Part shown: one piece after another, positions 1 through 15,200 of the stretch
Layout of the letters: every line of letters starts with the position of its first letter
Numbering within the stretch: the stretch's first letter is position 1
NCBI GenBank assembly: GCA_002269645.1
Contig: NIVC01001315.1
Span: 124,001 to 188,000 of the forward strand
Direction of reading: 5' to 3'
DNA from: Macrostomum lignano
Taxonomy: Eukaryota
DNA: 64,000 nucleotides
Translations under genes and position numbers: made by a program
Notes under the pieces: generated by a model
What the model was told of the DNA's origin: nothing
Database searches by the model: none
The model's input: only the letters and a program-made list of their open reading frames with translations

Positions 1-82
1 ATATCTAATAGGAGCTATTTCCATGTCTAACAGGGGTATTTCATGCCTAACAGGGGTATTCCATGCCTAACAGGGGTATTCC
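1..82. repeat. 20-bp tandem repeat (ccatgcctaacaggggtatt), about 4 copies, probably intronic
   Basis: Unit read directly at the window start. Confidence 0.85.
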
Positions 83-1345
83 CACGCTCGGCACCTGCGA
101 GGTGTCGAATTCACCAGGCCGCAGGGTTGACAACTGCGACTCGGCACCGGACGCGGTTGCTGCAGTGGCGGAACCGGCGGGGCCGCCGGCGGTTGCCGAG
201 TCTGGGCTGCGGGCGCCGGCGCCGTCGCGGCTCGGCGACTCGGCAGCGTCGCCTTCGGACGGCGACGATTCGCCGGTGGCGTCGGCGCCCCTGGCTAGCA
301 GGAACTGGTTCGACTCCTCCGACAGCAGCGCCAGAAACTCCGGCGAGCGCCGTTCGCGCCTGTACTGCTCGAGTCCCTGGGCGAGCTCCCGATAGTCCAG
401 CTGGTTGTTGTTGTCCTGGTCCAGGGTGATGATCATGTCCTCCAGCAGCGGCTCCGGCAGTGGCACGCGGTTCTGCCGCATCGCCTTGCGGAACTCGTCC
501 CGGGTCAGCAGCCAGTCCTTGTCCTTGTCGATGCTGGTGAACAGGTCCGACAGGCGCAGCTTCCGCTTGCGTAGCTCGCCATCGATGATAAAGAGCGCCA
601 GCGGGGACGGCCGCTTTACCGACACTTTGGAGGGCGGGCGCGTGCGGACCTCGGCCGCCTCCTCGACCACCTGCTCAACTTCTTTTGGCCGACGGCTCTC
701 CTCGATTTTGTGAAGGGTGGCCCTCTCCATGCTGGACAGCTGGCCGCCCTTGCCTCGGAGGTAGCGCTCAACGTCTCCCATGCGCTCCAAGTCCCGATGT
801 TGCACTTGGCGCTTCTTCAGCCACTGTTGATATCTTGACATCTCTTTTGCCGCCGGATCCTCGAGCTCTGACGTGGTTGCATCGAATTCTGAAGGGTCTG
901 CGTTCCTAGAGTCACTGCTGATTTTAGGAAGGCAAGACACTGATGAAAATGAATCAAAGCCGCGGAGTTCAGACAGTGGCTGAGCAACGAACACTCGTTT
1001 TCTTCCATTGTCTTTTGTTAGGCGCTCCCGAACAAATCGCTGATTGCCGAATGCTTTAAGGGCAGTTTTGTACAATTTTGCTTCAAGGAGATCTCGACTT
1101 TTGAACTTTTTTATTTGCTCTTCAAATTCTAGGTGTCCAAAGTAGTTTGGATCGTACAGTAGTTCAAATGCATCTGTAAGACCTTCCAGTACTTCATCGC
1201 TAACTCCAGTATCGTGTACTTTTGGAGGCTTCGGCGGTGGTTTTTCTTCGACTTCGACTACATCAGAAATGTACCTTCGCTTCAGTATAACTCTAGACTG
1301 CTTTTTCTTGGCGATCTGTGATTCATGTGGATTAAACGAAGGCAT
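47..1345 (-). CDS. EFCAB12: EF-hand calcium-binding domain protein, EFCAB12-like (large first coding exon; 3' end probably spliced near 86-113 and continuing off-window)
   Basis: 432-aa ORF with two EF-hand loops (DKDKDWLLTRDEF, DQDNNNQLDYREL). Segments QQWLKKRQ..DLERMGDVERYL and PSPLALFIIDGELRKRKLRLSDLF resemble EFCAB12 as recalled. The last codons run into the 20-bp repeat at 1-82, with candidate GT donors at 85, 94 and about 113. Confidence 0.7.
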   Translation of the reverse strand: MPSFNPHESQIAKKKQSRVILKRRYISDVVEVEEKPPPKPPKVHDTGVSDEVLEGLTDAFELLYDPNYFGHLEFEEQIKKFKSRDLLEAKLYKTALKAFGNQRFVRERLTKDNGRKRVFVAQPLSELRGFDSFSSVSCLPKISSDSRNADPSEFDATTSELEDPAAKEMSRYQQWLKKRQVQHRDLERMGDVERYLRGKGGQLSSMERATLHKIEESRRPKEVEQVVEEAAEVRTRPPSKVSVKRPSPLALFIIDGELRKRKLRLSDLFTSIDKDKDWLLTRDEFRKAMRQNRVPLPEPLLEDMIITLDQDNNNQLDYRELAQGLEQYRRERRSPEFLALLSEESNQFLLARGADATGESSPSEGDAAESPSRDGAGARSPDSATAGGPAGSATAATASGAESQLSTLRPGEFDTSQVPSVGIPLLGMEYPC

Positions 1346-2634
1346 GTTTGTCGGCTTTGAGCAATGTACACTGGGTATTAGAATTCGTTTTTCCGCAACA
1401 TTTTGAATATGTGTCGCTTGGCTTCTATAGATATAATTATTTTAACAAAACTTTGTCGGAGAAATAAAAACAACAAAGCGCTAAATGATTTTTTCAAAGG
1501 AAAAGCTGTTATTTTTTGTAGTGCATAAATAACAGAACTAGAAATATTACTATTATAATGCACGTAAATTCTAGTCGTGGTATTTTAATGACCGTCATTT
1601 CTCGGATCAAAAACTTGGAGCATCAGAGACGATGAACTTCAATAAAATTGACTGATAATTTCAGAATTTTTTGTTGGAAAACATTCTCTTTTGCTACATT
1701 TTTTATTATTTACACAATAAAATACATGTGTGAATAAATTTTTTATCTGTTAAGAATATGAATTACAGTATATTGCTTTATCACATGTAGAAACTATTAA
1801 AAAAACAGCTGCATGATTGCAATATTTATTTCTTTTCTAATAAAGCTGCGAATCGTGAAACTGTTCCCTATTTTCATTTATAAGAAATGTTAGATAGGAA
1901 GGACTTTATTAATGAGAATAGCAGTATTTATAGCAATTATACTATTACCGCTAAATTATTGAAAAATGGTTTTTAAAGTAAGAATATTAGGAATAATAAT
2001 AAAAATAATTATATTAATAGCAATAATAATATTAGCATTCAATCAACAATAGTATTTTTAAAATAGTAAAAATACTAAAAATATTATTAATTCATGAATG
2101 AGAATAACAAATATTTTTAATGATACGACATATAATGCATGGTCGATTTTCTACTCAATTAAATAAATGAACAAAGTGGGTTTCTTCAAACCATATTAGA
2201 TATGTTTGTTGATACCAATTAGTAGTTGTAGTAGATATTGCGCATACAACTTTAGCGACTTATATTTATAAAAGCAGTTGGCTACTGACTGCATGCCAAT
2301 GCAAACATAATAATGTATCAATACCCACATACAGAGCTGCTGCTTTTAATCCGCCCAGATACTGAAAAAAGTAAACACCAGCTGACTGAGCTCAAAGGCT
2401 TTTAAAAAATAATTTGATCAAACAATCCCGGCTCATAATTAGATGAGCGCTGCTTATTATTGCAAGCTGCCGGATTATCCAATTACATTTTCGATGAAAT
2501 GCACAGCAGGAAGCCAGCAGACGGCAGGGCAATTAGCCAGCAGCGATGGCGAGCAGAAATTTTGCTTTATCAGACTGGGATTTCCAACTCTTCATAATAC
2601 CATCCGCTCCCCCGAGTCCACAGGAATGCTTCTG

Positions 2635-2664
2635 TATATAAGGCGGCCATCTTTGGTGTTCAGT
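2635..2664 (+). promoter_or_regulatory. Putative TATA box (TATATAAG) and Inr (TCAGT) upstream of the GPCR gene
   Basis: TATATAAG at 2635-2642 and TCAGT at 2660-2664, a near-canonical spacing of about 27 bp. Confidence 0.4.
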
Positions 2665-2676
2665 GCTCCCGTCTGT

Positions 2677-3637
2677 GTCAGTCAGTCAGTCAGTCAGTCA
2701 GTCAGTCAGTCAGTCAGTCAGTCAGTCAGTCAGTCAGTCAGTTAGTCAGTCAGTCAGTCAGTCAGTCAGTCAGTCAGTCAGTCAGTCAGTCAGTCAGTCA
2801 GTCAGTCAGTCAGTCAGTCAGTCAGTCAGTCAGTCAGTCAGTCAGTCAGTCAGTCAGTCAGTCAGTCAGTCAGTCAGTCAGTCAGTCAGTCAGTCAGTCA
2901 GTCAGTCAGTCAGTCAGTCAGTCAGTCAGTCAGTCAGTCAGTCAGTCAGTCAGTCAGTCAGTCAGTCAGTCAGTCAGTCAGTCAGTCAGTCAGTCAGTCA
3001 GTCAGTCAGTCAGTCAGTCAGTCAGTCAGTCAGTCAGTCAGTCAGTCAGTCAGTCAGTTAGTCAGTCAGTCAGTCAGTCAGTCAGTCAGTCAGTCAGTCA
3101 GTCAGTCAGTCAGTCAGTCAGTCAGTCAGTCAGTCAGTCAGTCAGTCAGTCAGTCAGTCAGTCAGTCAGTCAGTCAGTCAGTCAGTCAGTCAGTCAGTCA
3201 GTCAGTCAGTCAGTCAGTCAGTCAGTCAGTCAGTCAGTCAGTCAGTCAGTCAGTCAGTCAGTCAGTCAGTCAGTCAGTCAGTCAGTCAGTCAGTCAGTCA
3301 GTCAGTCAGTCAGTCAGTCAGTCAGTCAGTCAGTCAGTCAGTCAGTCAGTCAGTCAGTCAGTCAGTCAGTCAGTCAGTCAGTCAGTCAGTCAGTCAGTCA
3401 GTCAGTCAGTCAGTCAGTCAGTCAGTCAGTCAGTCAGTCAGTCAGTCAGTCAGTCAGTCAGTCAGTCAGTCAGTCAGTCAGTCAGTCAGTCAGTCAGTCA
3501 GTCAGTCAGTCAGTCAGTCAGTCAGTCAGTCAGTCAGTCAGTCAGTCAGTCAGTCAGTCAGTCAGTCAGTCAGTCAGTCAGTCAGTCAGTCAGTCAGTCA
3601 GTCAGTCAGTCAGTCAGTCAGTCAGTCAGTTAGTCAG
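2677..3637 (+). repeat. (GTCA)n microsatellite, about 960 bp
   Basis: Nearly pure tetranucleotide array ending directly at the ATG at 3638. Confidence 0.98.
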
Positions 3638-6860
<3,223 letters not shown>

Positions 6861-6865
<5 letters not shown>

Positions 6866-7240
6866 ACTGGCAGAATATTGGTGGATAGACTGGCAGAATA
6901 TTGGTAGATAGACTGGCAGAATATTGGTGGATAGACTGGCAGAATATTGGTAGATAGACTGGCAGAATATTGGTGGATAGACTGGCAGAATATTGGTAGA
7001 TAGACTGGCAGAATATTGGTAGATAGACTGGCAGAATATTGGTGGATAGACTGGCAGAATATTGGTGGATAGACTGGCAGAATATTAGTAGACAGGCAGA
7101 ATATTGGTGGATAGACTGGCAGAATATTGGTGGATAGACTGGCGGAATATTGGTGGATAGACTGGCAGAATATTAGTAGACAGGCAGAATATTGGTAGAC
7201 TGGCAGAAAGTAGACAGGCAGAATATTAGACAGTCAGACT
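6861..7240 (+). repeat. About 23-bp minisatellite (gatagactggcagaatattggtg) starting at the GPCR stop codon
   Basis: About 15 copies read directly. Confidence 0.92.
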
Positions 7241-7699
7241 GGCGCATGATGCAAATGCGCCACATTAGAATTTCGAAATGCAAATTTTCGTTAACTTAAA
7301 ACGAAGTAATAAATCCGTCGTTTTGTTTGGAGACAATTTGTTCATGCGTTCTCATTATTATTGCTAATAAAACTGCGAGTACACTATGAAGACCAGCAAA
7401 CTTTCCGGATTCCAGTTGTAAAAAAACTTATGAAACCACTTCGCCACGTGTGTGGCGCTGAGGTCAAACTTGGCAGTCGTGAGAGAATTGCCAAAATAAG
7501 CCTTCGTAAAAGCCTGCTGTGGTGAGGCCGGCCAAGCGAAGGGCAAACAAAACACGTGACTCATGCTGGCCAGCGCCACCTGCTCACTTGCCTCAGAGTT
7601 GGAGACTCTTAGCCCGCTGTGCGCAGGGACCTCTTAGAGGTCGCAGCTGGACTGGCCAAGTGCGAGTAACCAGTTGGAAGAGCGTGTCCGTGACACCAA

Positions 7700-8060
7700 A
7701 TCAACTGACACCCAAGCTACTGACAGCCAAGCTTCTGACACTTAAGCTTCTGGCACCCAAGCTTCTGACACCCAAGTTACTGACACCCAAGCTAATGACA
7801 CTTAAGCTTCTGACACCCAAGCTTCTGACCCCCAAGCTACTGACACCCAAGCTAATGACACCCAAGCTACTGACACCCAAATTAATGACACTTAAGCTTC
7901 TGACACTTAAGCTTCTGACACCCAAGCTTCTGACACCCAAGCTACTGACATCAAGCTTCTGACACCCAAGCTTCTGACACCCAAGCTACTGACACCCAAG
8001 CTAATGACACCCAAACTAGTGACACCCAGGTCCCTGACACCCGAGTCCCTGACACTGACA
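7700..8060 (+). repeat. 15-bp minisatellite (ctgacacccaagctt/a)
   Basis: Direct reading; gives the TPKLL pseudo-ORF. Confidence 0.92.
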
Positions 8061-8455
8061 CCATGCAATATTTAATCCATTTTGAAAAATTTTAAAAGGT
8101 CAGCTCTCCCCAGTCCACCCACTTTGTTTAGGAGTCCTTGTCTCACGGGGGCATCGATTCGACCCTCACTTCTCGCTGCTCAAGTGAACCCGCAAAACAT
8201 GCGCTGCGTCATTCTGGCAGCCAGAGGGCGTGGGGCTTTGATCGTCACCTCCGGGACTCGGTGCTGTTGAGGGCGGCCAGGGGTGGCAGTGGCGAGTACG
8301 GCTGTCGCATTGTTGTGAGCTGCCCACACGCTTGGCAGGGTGGCGGGTAAACCCCGAGCCCTCAGGGGCATAAATACAGGCCGCTGCTGCTGCGGGAGGG
8401 AAACGTTCTCCTTCTGCTCCTAGAAAGCTTCGCTACAAAAAGTCAACTCAGCAAA

Positions 8456-9407
8456 ATGCGCGCTGCAGTCCTCCAGCTGATAGTGGTGGCCCTCCTGGCC
8501 TGCGCTGTCGCCAGCAGCTCCGGCTTCGATCTCAGTGAGAGCCGCTTCAAATTGCGGGAAATTCTAGGAAATTGAGGCTTGACGGGGATTGTTGCAGACT
8601 AGCGTGACTGCCCGACTGCTTTTTCTTTGCAGGTTCGGCACTGAAAGGCGGGTCGGGACCCAGGTGAGTGCGGGCTGAGTTGGGGGCCACCTGTATGTGC
8701 TGATGGGCCCCAGTAGATGTAATACGCAGCTTCATAGGTCAACAGTGGGTCAAGCAATCCCGTGTGGGTCAAGCAATCCAGTGGGTCAAGCATTCCCGTG
8801 GGTAAAGCACCCATGGGTCAAGCACGGGAGAGTCAAGCACTCCCGTGGGTCATCCCGTGGGTCAAGCACTCCGGAGGGTCAAGCACTCCCGTGGGTCAAG
8901 CACTCCCGTGGGTCAAGCACTCCCGTGGGTCAAGCACTCCCGTGGGTAAAGCACTCCCGTGGGTCAAGCACTCCCGTGGGTAAAGCACTCCCGTGGGTAA
9001 AGCACTCCCGTGGGTAAAGCACTCCCGTGGGTAAAGCACTCCCGTGGGTAAAGCACTCCCGTGGGTCAAGCACTCCCACGGGTCAAGCACTCCGGTGGGT
9101 CAAGCTCGCAATTTCAAGGGGCCGAAATCCTTCCAGCCAGAAGTGCGAGGAGGAGCGCAACTGCTTGCCCGTCTCCTGCCGCCGCTATTCGAGATTCTCC
9201 TTCTGCCAGGCCAGCTGCGAGGTCTGCCGGGTCTGCCGGTTCCACCGAAACATCATGCACCGCGGCATCGACGGCCAGCTGAAGCGGACGGTGTACACCG
9301 GCAGGGTGCTGTCTAAGCACTGCAGGAACTGCAGGGACTACTGTATCCCCTCACACAGCAACAAGCAGTGCGCTGGTCGGGTCTGGTGCGCCAAATTCCA
9401 TCCTTGA
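8456..9407 (+). CDS. Small secreted cationic 12-cysteine protein with an ShKT-like domain (126 aa); exons 8456-8534, 8633-8663, 9137-9407
   Basis: Exon 1 encodes a signal peptide (MRAAVLQLIVVALLACAVASS). GT-AG junctions keep frame (phase 1, then 2). Exon 3 begins with C-x5-C-x4-C-x8-C-x3-C-x2-C. TATA-like CATAAATA at 8369-8376. Confidence 0.75.
8745..9105 (+). repeat. 17-bp minisatellite (gtgggtcaagcactccc) in intron 2 of the secreted-protein gene
   Basis: About 20 copies read directly. Confidence 0.92.
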
Positions 9408-9604
9408 CTGATGCAATTACTTGATGCTATGGCAGCTCCAAACTACTCGTAACTCTCATCGATTTTTTGTGACTTATTCGAAACAAATAAACCCTGCTTT
9501 GCAAGACTGGAATCGAATTAAATTAAAAAATTTTAAAACACTTTCTTGAAACTCTAATGAAAAATCAAAATAATAGCAGCAGCTATTCGAGCGGTAGCCG
9601 CTTC

Positions 9605-9632
9605 CTGATTGGCTGCGACGTCGGGCCAATAG
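9605..9632. promoter_or_regulatory. Paired CCAAT boxes (ATTGG 9608-9612, CCAAT 9626-9630) upstream of the microprotein ORF
   Basis: Motifs lie in a GC-rich patch about 160-180 bp upstream of ATG 9792. Confidence 0.35.
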
Positions 9633-9791
9633 CGCGAGCTCGGTCCGGCATTAGCTCAGGCTGCATGGATTCCTTCCGAAGCCGCCTTCACAAACTTGGC
9701 TGGAACTTCATTCCGTCCAGCATTATCTAAGAGCGCCTGGTGAGCAGAGAGAATGCGCCTCCTGTGACTCACTGAGGCTGCTGGCTGCATC

Positions 9792-9920
9792 ATGGCCTGG
9801 ATCAAGTGCTGCTGCGAGACCAAGTTTCAAATCTTCATCGCGATAATCACCTGCCTGGCCATGGCCATCACCATCTTCATCATCCTGGCCATGGGCGACG
9901 TTTTCAGGTCCTGGTGGTGA
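9792..9920 (+). CDS. 42-aa single-pass membrane microprotein MAWIKCCCETKFQIFIAIITCLAMAITIFIILAMGDVFRSWW
   Basis: ATG in a good context (gcatcATGG), strong G/C third-position bias like the local genes, one long hydrophobic helix, TGA stop. Below the ORF-track length cutoff. Confidence 0.55.
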   Translation: MAWIKCCCETKFQIFIAIITCLAMAITIFIILAMGDVFRSWW

Positions 9921-10454
9921 CCAAACCGGGTCTGAAACATCCTCAAGGTGGCGACATCATCAAGGTGGCGACATCATCAAGGTAGCGATCTCATCAAGGT
10001 GTCGACACAATCATATGGAGTTTGTGACCACAAAACATACCATGTAAAAATCTTGCTTAGTATTGTCTAAGATAAGTGAGGCTCATGACTTTGCATGTTA
10101 GAAATATCGACTAAGATATGCACTGCACCACTACATTGCACGCAAGTCGCACTCAAACAAGAGGATTATCAGCCATATACTGTACTAATACACTGGAATT
10201 TCCTGCCGGGAGACTCGGAATGGAATGCAAACAGACTTACAGGGCCACTCAGACCCGGCTTTAGAGTTCATCAATGCGGGGCCACGCCCAATTCAAACAG
10301 GCTGAGCGCACCTGGTCTGCCTGATTGGCATGCAGCTCGGCCGGGCCGGATGCTGCCCCTCCCTCAGCTTCATCATTTGGCTGAGCACACGGCAAATAGA
10401 ACTGAAAAACCCGCTTGTTTTTCGCGGCATACGCAGGGAGATTCAGGGGGACCA

Positions 10455-10650
10455 GGGAGGGGAAGAGATGAGATGAGGAAGAGAAAGAAAATGAGAGGGG
10501 AGAGATGGGAGATAAGAGGAAGAGAAGGGAGAGGAGAGGAAGATAAGGGAGAGGAGAGGAAGAGAAGGGAGAGGAGAGGAAGAGAAAGGAGATGAGAGGG
10601 GAGAGATGGGAGATGAGAGGGGAGAGATGGGAGATGAGAGGGGAGAGATG
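10455..10650 (+). repeat. GA-rich low-complexity / short tandem repeat
   Basis: Purine-only runs, e.g. gagaggggagagatgggagat. Confidence 0.8.
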
Positions 10651-11234
10651 AAGGCGAGTACAACAAAGCCAGCTAAAAAGGGGGTGTTTTCACAAGGTCG
10701 AAAATTCACAACATCGAAAACAACTTGAATAGCAGCCACTTTCACAAGGTCGAAACTTCATAAGCTCGACATTTCACAAGGTCGAAAAGTTATTATAAGA
10801 AGAACCATGCAGTAGTTTTCTACGTTGTGAAATTTCGAGCTCATAAAGTTCGACCTTGTGAAGGTGCTTTCGTCGTTGTGAAATTTCGAGTTTGTGAACC
10901 CCCCCCCTCCCCCTACAAAGCAGCGAAAGAAAACGGGACAAACGCAGCGGCGAAAGCCAGTTGTCAGTGTTTAGATGGCGAGTTTGAGCGCCAGCCAAGC
11001 ACAGTGGCGGCAATCTGTGTCAGCTAATCAAATAATATATATTTATATTATATTCATTACTTATATTCTACAGGCCCGCGTCCTGCCGAAAGAGTCGAGC
11101 CAGAAAAAAAAACTGATGCAGGGGAAGAGAAATAACGAAAACAAAATGGCAGAAAACTGGCCGACTGCTGGTCACGTGACGTTACCTGCCATTTGGGGGG
11201 GACTCCCGTACACCTTCTAAACACTCTAATATCT

Positions 11235-11830
11235 CACCTGTTAATCAATCAATCTAGTAGCTAGCTTCTTACACCTGTCAATCAATATAGTACCTAGCTT
11301 CTCACCTGTCAATCAATCTAGTACCTAGCTTCTCACCTGTCAATCAATCTAGTACCTAGCTTCTCACCTGTCAATCAATCTAGTACCGAGCTTCTCACCT
11401 GTCAATCAATCTAGTACCTAGCTTCTCACCTGTCAATCAATCTAGTACCTAGCTTCTCACCTGTCAATCAATCTAGTACCTAGGTTCTCACCTGCCAATC
11501 AATCTAGTACCTAGCTTCTCACCTGTCAATCAATCTAGTACCTAGCTTCTCACCTGTCAATCAATCTAGTACCTAGCTTCTCACCTGCCAATCAATCTAG
11601 TACCTAGCTTCTCACCTGCCAATCAATCTAGTACCTAGCTTCTCACCTGCCAATCAATCTAGTACCTAGCTTCTCACCTGCCAATCAATCTAGTACCTAG
11701 CTTCTCACCTGCCAATCAATCTAGTACCTAGCTTCTCACCTGCCAATCAATCTAGCTCGTAGTACCGAGCTTCTCACTTGTCAATCAACCTACCTACTCA
11801 CCTGCCAGGCAGTCTGGCACGGAGCCTCTC
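11235..11830 (+). repeat. 31-bp minisatellite (acctgtcaatcaatctagtacctagcttctc)
   Basis: About 17 copies, degenerate at both ends. Confidence 0.93.
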
Positions 11831-12212
11831 ACCTGTCAATCAATTAAATACCTGTCAATCTATCCGTAACAGAAACCGGAAGTCCCCTCAAGGCCCAGGC
11901 CGCCAAGAGACCGCTGATTATTGCCGGCTCTAATTAGCACGAGGGCGGCAGCAGGTGAAATAAAAATCTATGCAGCGAGTTAAGCGGCGAGCCGTGCTGA
12001 TGAAGGGAGAAAATTTTGCGTATATCAGATTTTCAGGGGTTCTGGGAGGCACACAAACTGCAACTAATTTAACAAAATATGGGCTAAATAAATAAACAGT
12101 AATTGTCAAGATGTCCTAGGGAGAGTTTCTATGCAGATCTGCCTGCCCAGCACACCAATTTACACGCTCTGATTTCCAATTGTGAACTGACACAATTGAG
12201 CACACAGGCGAC

Positions 12213-15200
12213 TCAGATAGGCAGCTCAAATTTCACGTCCACGGCGGCGTCCTTGGCGAGCACCACGATGTTGGCCAGCTTCACCACCTGCGGCGGGGTG
12301 GGGGGTTTGTATTAGTCAGCTGAGATACTGCCCATTCCGCTGGCCCGCCTTGAGCACACGGGGTGCACAGCGCCATCAGACATGTACACGCTCTGACATG
12401 TACCCGGCTCGAATGGAACCGGGGGTGGCGGCACGAGAGTCAGACGGAATTATCGTCGAGCAGCTCCGCATGCCTGCACCCCGAGTGAGCGCCCGAGGTT
12501 CGCTCTGTTGAGACCATACATGCGCAACCCCCCCCCCCCTGATTTACACTGGCCACGCGACTTAATTTTTGACCAAAAATGCGACTAACCTGTGAAAGAA
12601 GCCCTAAAGCAAAAATTACCACAACTTTTGGTAAACGGCAGGAGTAACATGACTGTCCTTTAAAGGCTTAATGCTACGTAAAGAATTCACCAGTATGCGA
12701 TATCGTAACAATAACAGAAGCCAACATACATGCGCAACAGTCGGCCGAGTCGGCCGATCCGGCCGACCGATTTGGCGGCCAATCAAGGAAGTCGCAAAAA
12801 TGCCCACCCAAAAAATAACCCGAGTAGTAGTACTAAGTAGCTGACGAGGCATTTTAGCTTAATAAAACAGTCATAGTTACTCCTGCCGTTTACCCAAAGT
12901 TGTGTTAATTTTGCTTTCGGGTTTTTTTACATGTAAGTCGCATTTTTGGCCAAAAACTACGTCGCATTTTTGTTAAAACTAAGTCGCACGGCTGACCGAA
13001 TTTTGGAGGTTGCACATGTATGGAAGCCAAGCAGTCGGAAAGATCATTTTCATATGATTTAAAGTGCAGCAGCCCTAACCAGCCCAAGGAGCCAGAAACT
13101 GCCAGTCCACCTGGCCAGGTTAATTAAAGCTTGCCTAAAGTCGCACTCCAGCTACTTCTGCAGGTATTCGATATTTTCCTGCTGCGCCTTGAGCTGAGTA
13201 GGGCAGAGCCCGGATCAATAAATAATTCATGGCCTCCAGGGCTCCCGCCTGCAGCCGGGGAGACATCGAGGCAGAATCTGGATTGAGCAACTCTGAGATG
13301 CCAATACGCTATAAACAGCTGTTTCACCCCAAAGAAACTGACAAATAGCGACTGCACTGCTGCAATCGTTCTCGTGCAGAATACACAAAATGATTTGATT
13401 TCTCAGAATCTGATGAGTCTAACACTGGAGAGGGGAGTTGCTGTCTGGCTCCAGATTGCTGGCCCACGGCTCCCTTGAAGCACGGCAAGACAGGAGAGAG
13501 TTTGGAGTGCCAAACCAACTGAGCGATGGAGAGGCAGGCGAGTCTGGAAACGAACGCCAGTGTTGGGTAGCGAGGCGGCGGCGGAGCAAAGAAGAGAGGC
13601 GGGTATTGATTGGGCTTAGGTAAATAATTAAACAGCGGGCCCTGGCAACACGCGGGGATCGAACTGGGCGCTCGGCAACAATGCCAAGGATTGCGCTGCA
13701 ATTATCGACAGCCTCTGGAGTAATTTTAATGATAAATATTTGAGCATCCCCCAATGCGCTACTCGGCAGCTCACCATCTGGGCGGCGTCGTCGAGGTTGT
13801 CGCAGGCGAGAATGCGCATGCCGCTGGAGGAGATCAGCGCCTTGGCGTCCTCCACCTGGGTGCCCTGCAGCCGCACCACGATGGGCATGCGCAGCTTCAG
13901 CTCCTTGGCGGCCGTGATGATGCCCTGGGCGATCACGTCGCAGCGCATGATGCCGCCAAAGATGTTCACCAGGATGGCGTTCACCGCCGGGTCGCTTGTG
14001 ATGATGCGGAAGGCCTCCGTGACCTGTGACGGCAGCGCTTTCTTTATATATACCCTGTCTGAATTCCCCTTTAACCTGCCTGAATTCCCCTCTACCCTGT
14101 CTGAATTCCCCTTTACCCTGTCTGAATTCCCCTCTAACCTGCCTGAATTTCCCTCTACCCTACCTAAATTATTTACCCTGTCTGAATTCCCCTCTAGCAT
14201 GCCCTGTCTGAATTCCCCTCTAGCATACCATGCCTGAATTCCCTTCTACCCTGTCTGAATTTTCCCTTATCCTGCCTGAATTCCCACCCCTATCCACCAG
14301 GCTACCCACCTGATTGGCCGTGGCGCCACCGCCAACGTCCAGGAAGTTGGCGGGGGAGCCGCCGTGCAGCTTGATGATGTCCATGGTGGCCATGGCCAGG
14401 CCCGCGCCGTTCACCAGGCAGCCGATGTTGCCATCCAGGGCAATGTAGTTCAGGCCGGCCTTCTCGGCGGCGACGTCGCGCTCGTCTTCCTGGCTCCAGT
14501 CGCGCAGGGAGAAAATCTCCGGCTGGCGGAACTCCGAATTGGCGTCGAAGTTCATCTTGCAGTCCATGCACAGAACTACGGGCCAGCGGGCGGCGGCAAC
14601 TCAGGTGTGAGGGGAGTTGATGTGCAACCAAGGAGGGAAGATCAGGGAGGAGAGATTGGGGAGGGGATATCGGGGAGGGGCGATCAGGGAGGGGAGATTG
14701 GGGAGGGGAGATCAGGGAGGGAGATCAGGAAGGGGAGATCAGGGAGGGGAGATCAGGGAGGGGAGATCAGGGAGGGGAGATCAGGGAGGGGAGATCAGGA
14801 AGGCGAGATTGGGGAGGAGAGAGATCGGTAGATCAGAAGATGCCTATAAAAGGGAACTCAGAAGGCCCAAGCCGCTGACTCACCCCTGCCCTCGGTGTCC
14901 TCAGCAATGGGGTTAATCTCAATAAGCGTGGCGTCGGACTTGATGAACAAGTCGTACATCTTCACGATGTACTGGCCGGCCTCCTTGCTCTGCTTGTCGC
15001 CAGTGAAGCCAATTTTCTTGGCCATCTCGGTGGCGACCTCCTCAGTGATGCCGGTCTCGATGTCCACCGGCACAGCGATGATGGCCTCGGGATTCTCCTT
15101 GGCGACCTGCTCGATGTTGACGCCGCCCTGCGAGCTGCCGATGAGCACCGGGCCGCGGTGCTTTCTGTCCATGGTGATGGCGAAGTAGAACTCCCGTCTG

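Noticed and set aside
13405-13440. CTGATGA hammerhead-core motifs (also about 11997 and 26223)
   Set aside because: No stem II followed by GAAA could be built by eye.
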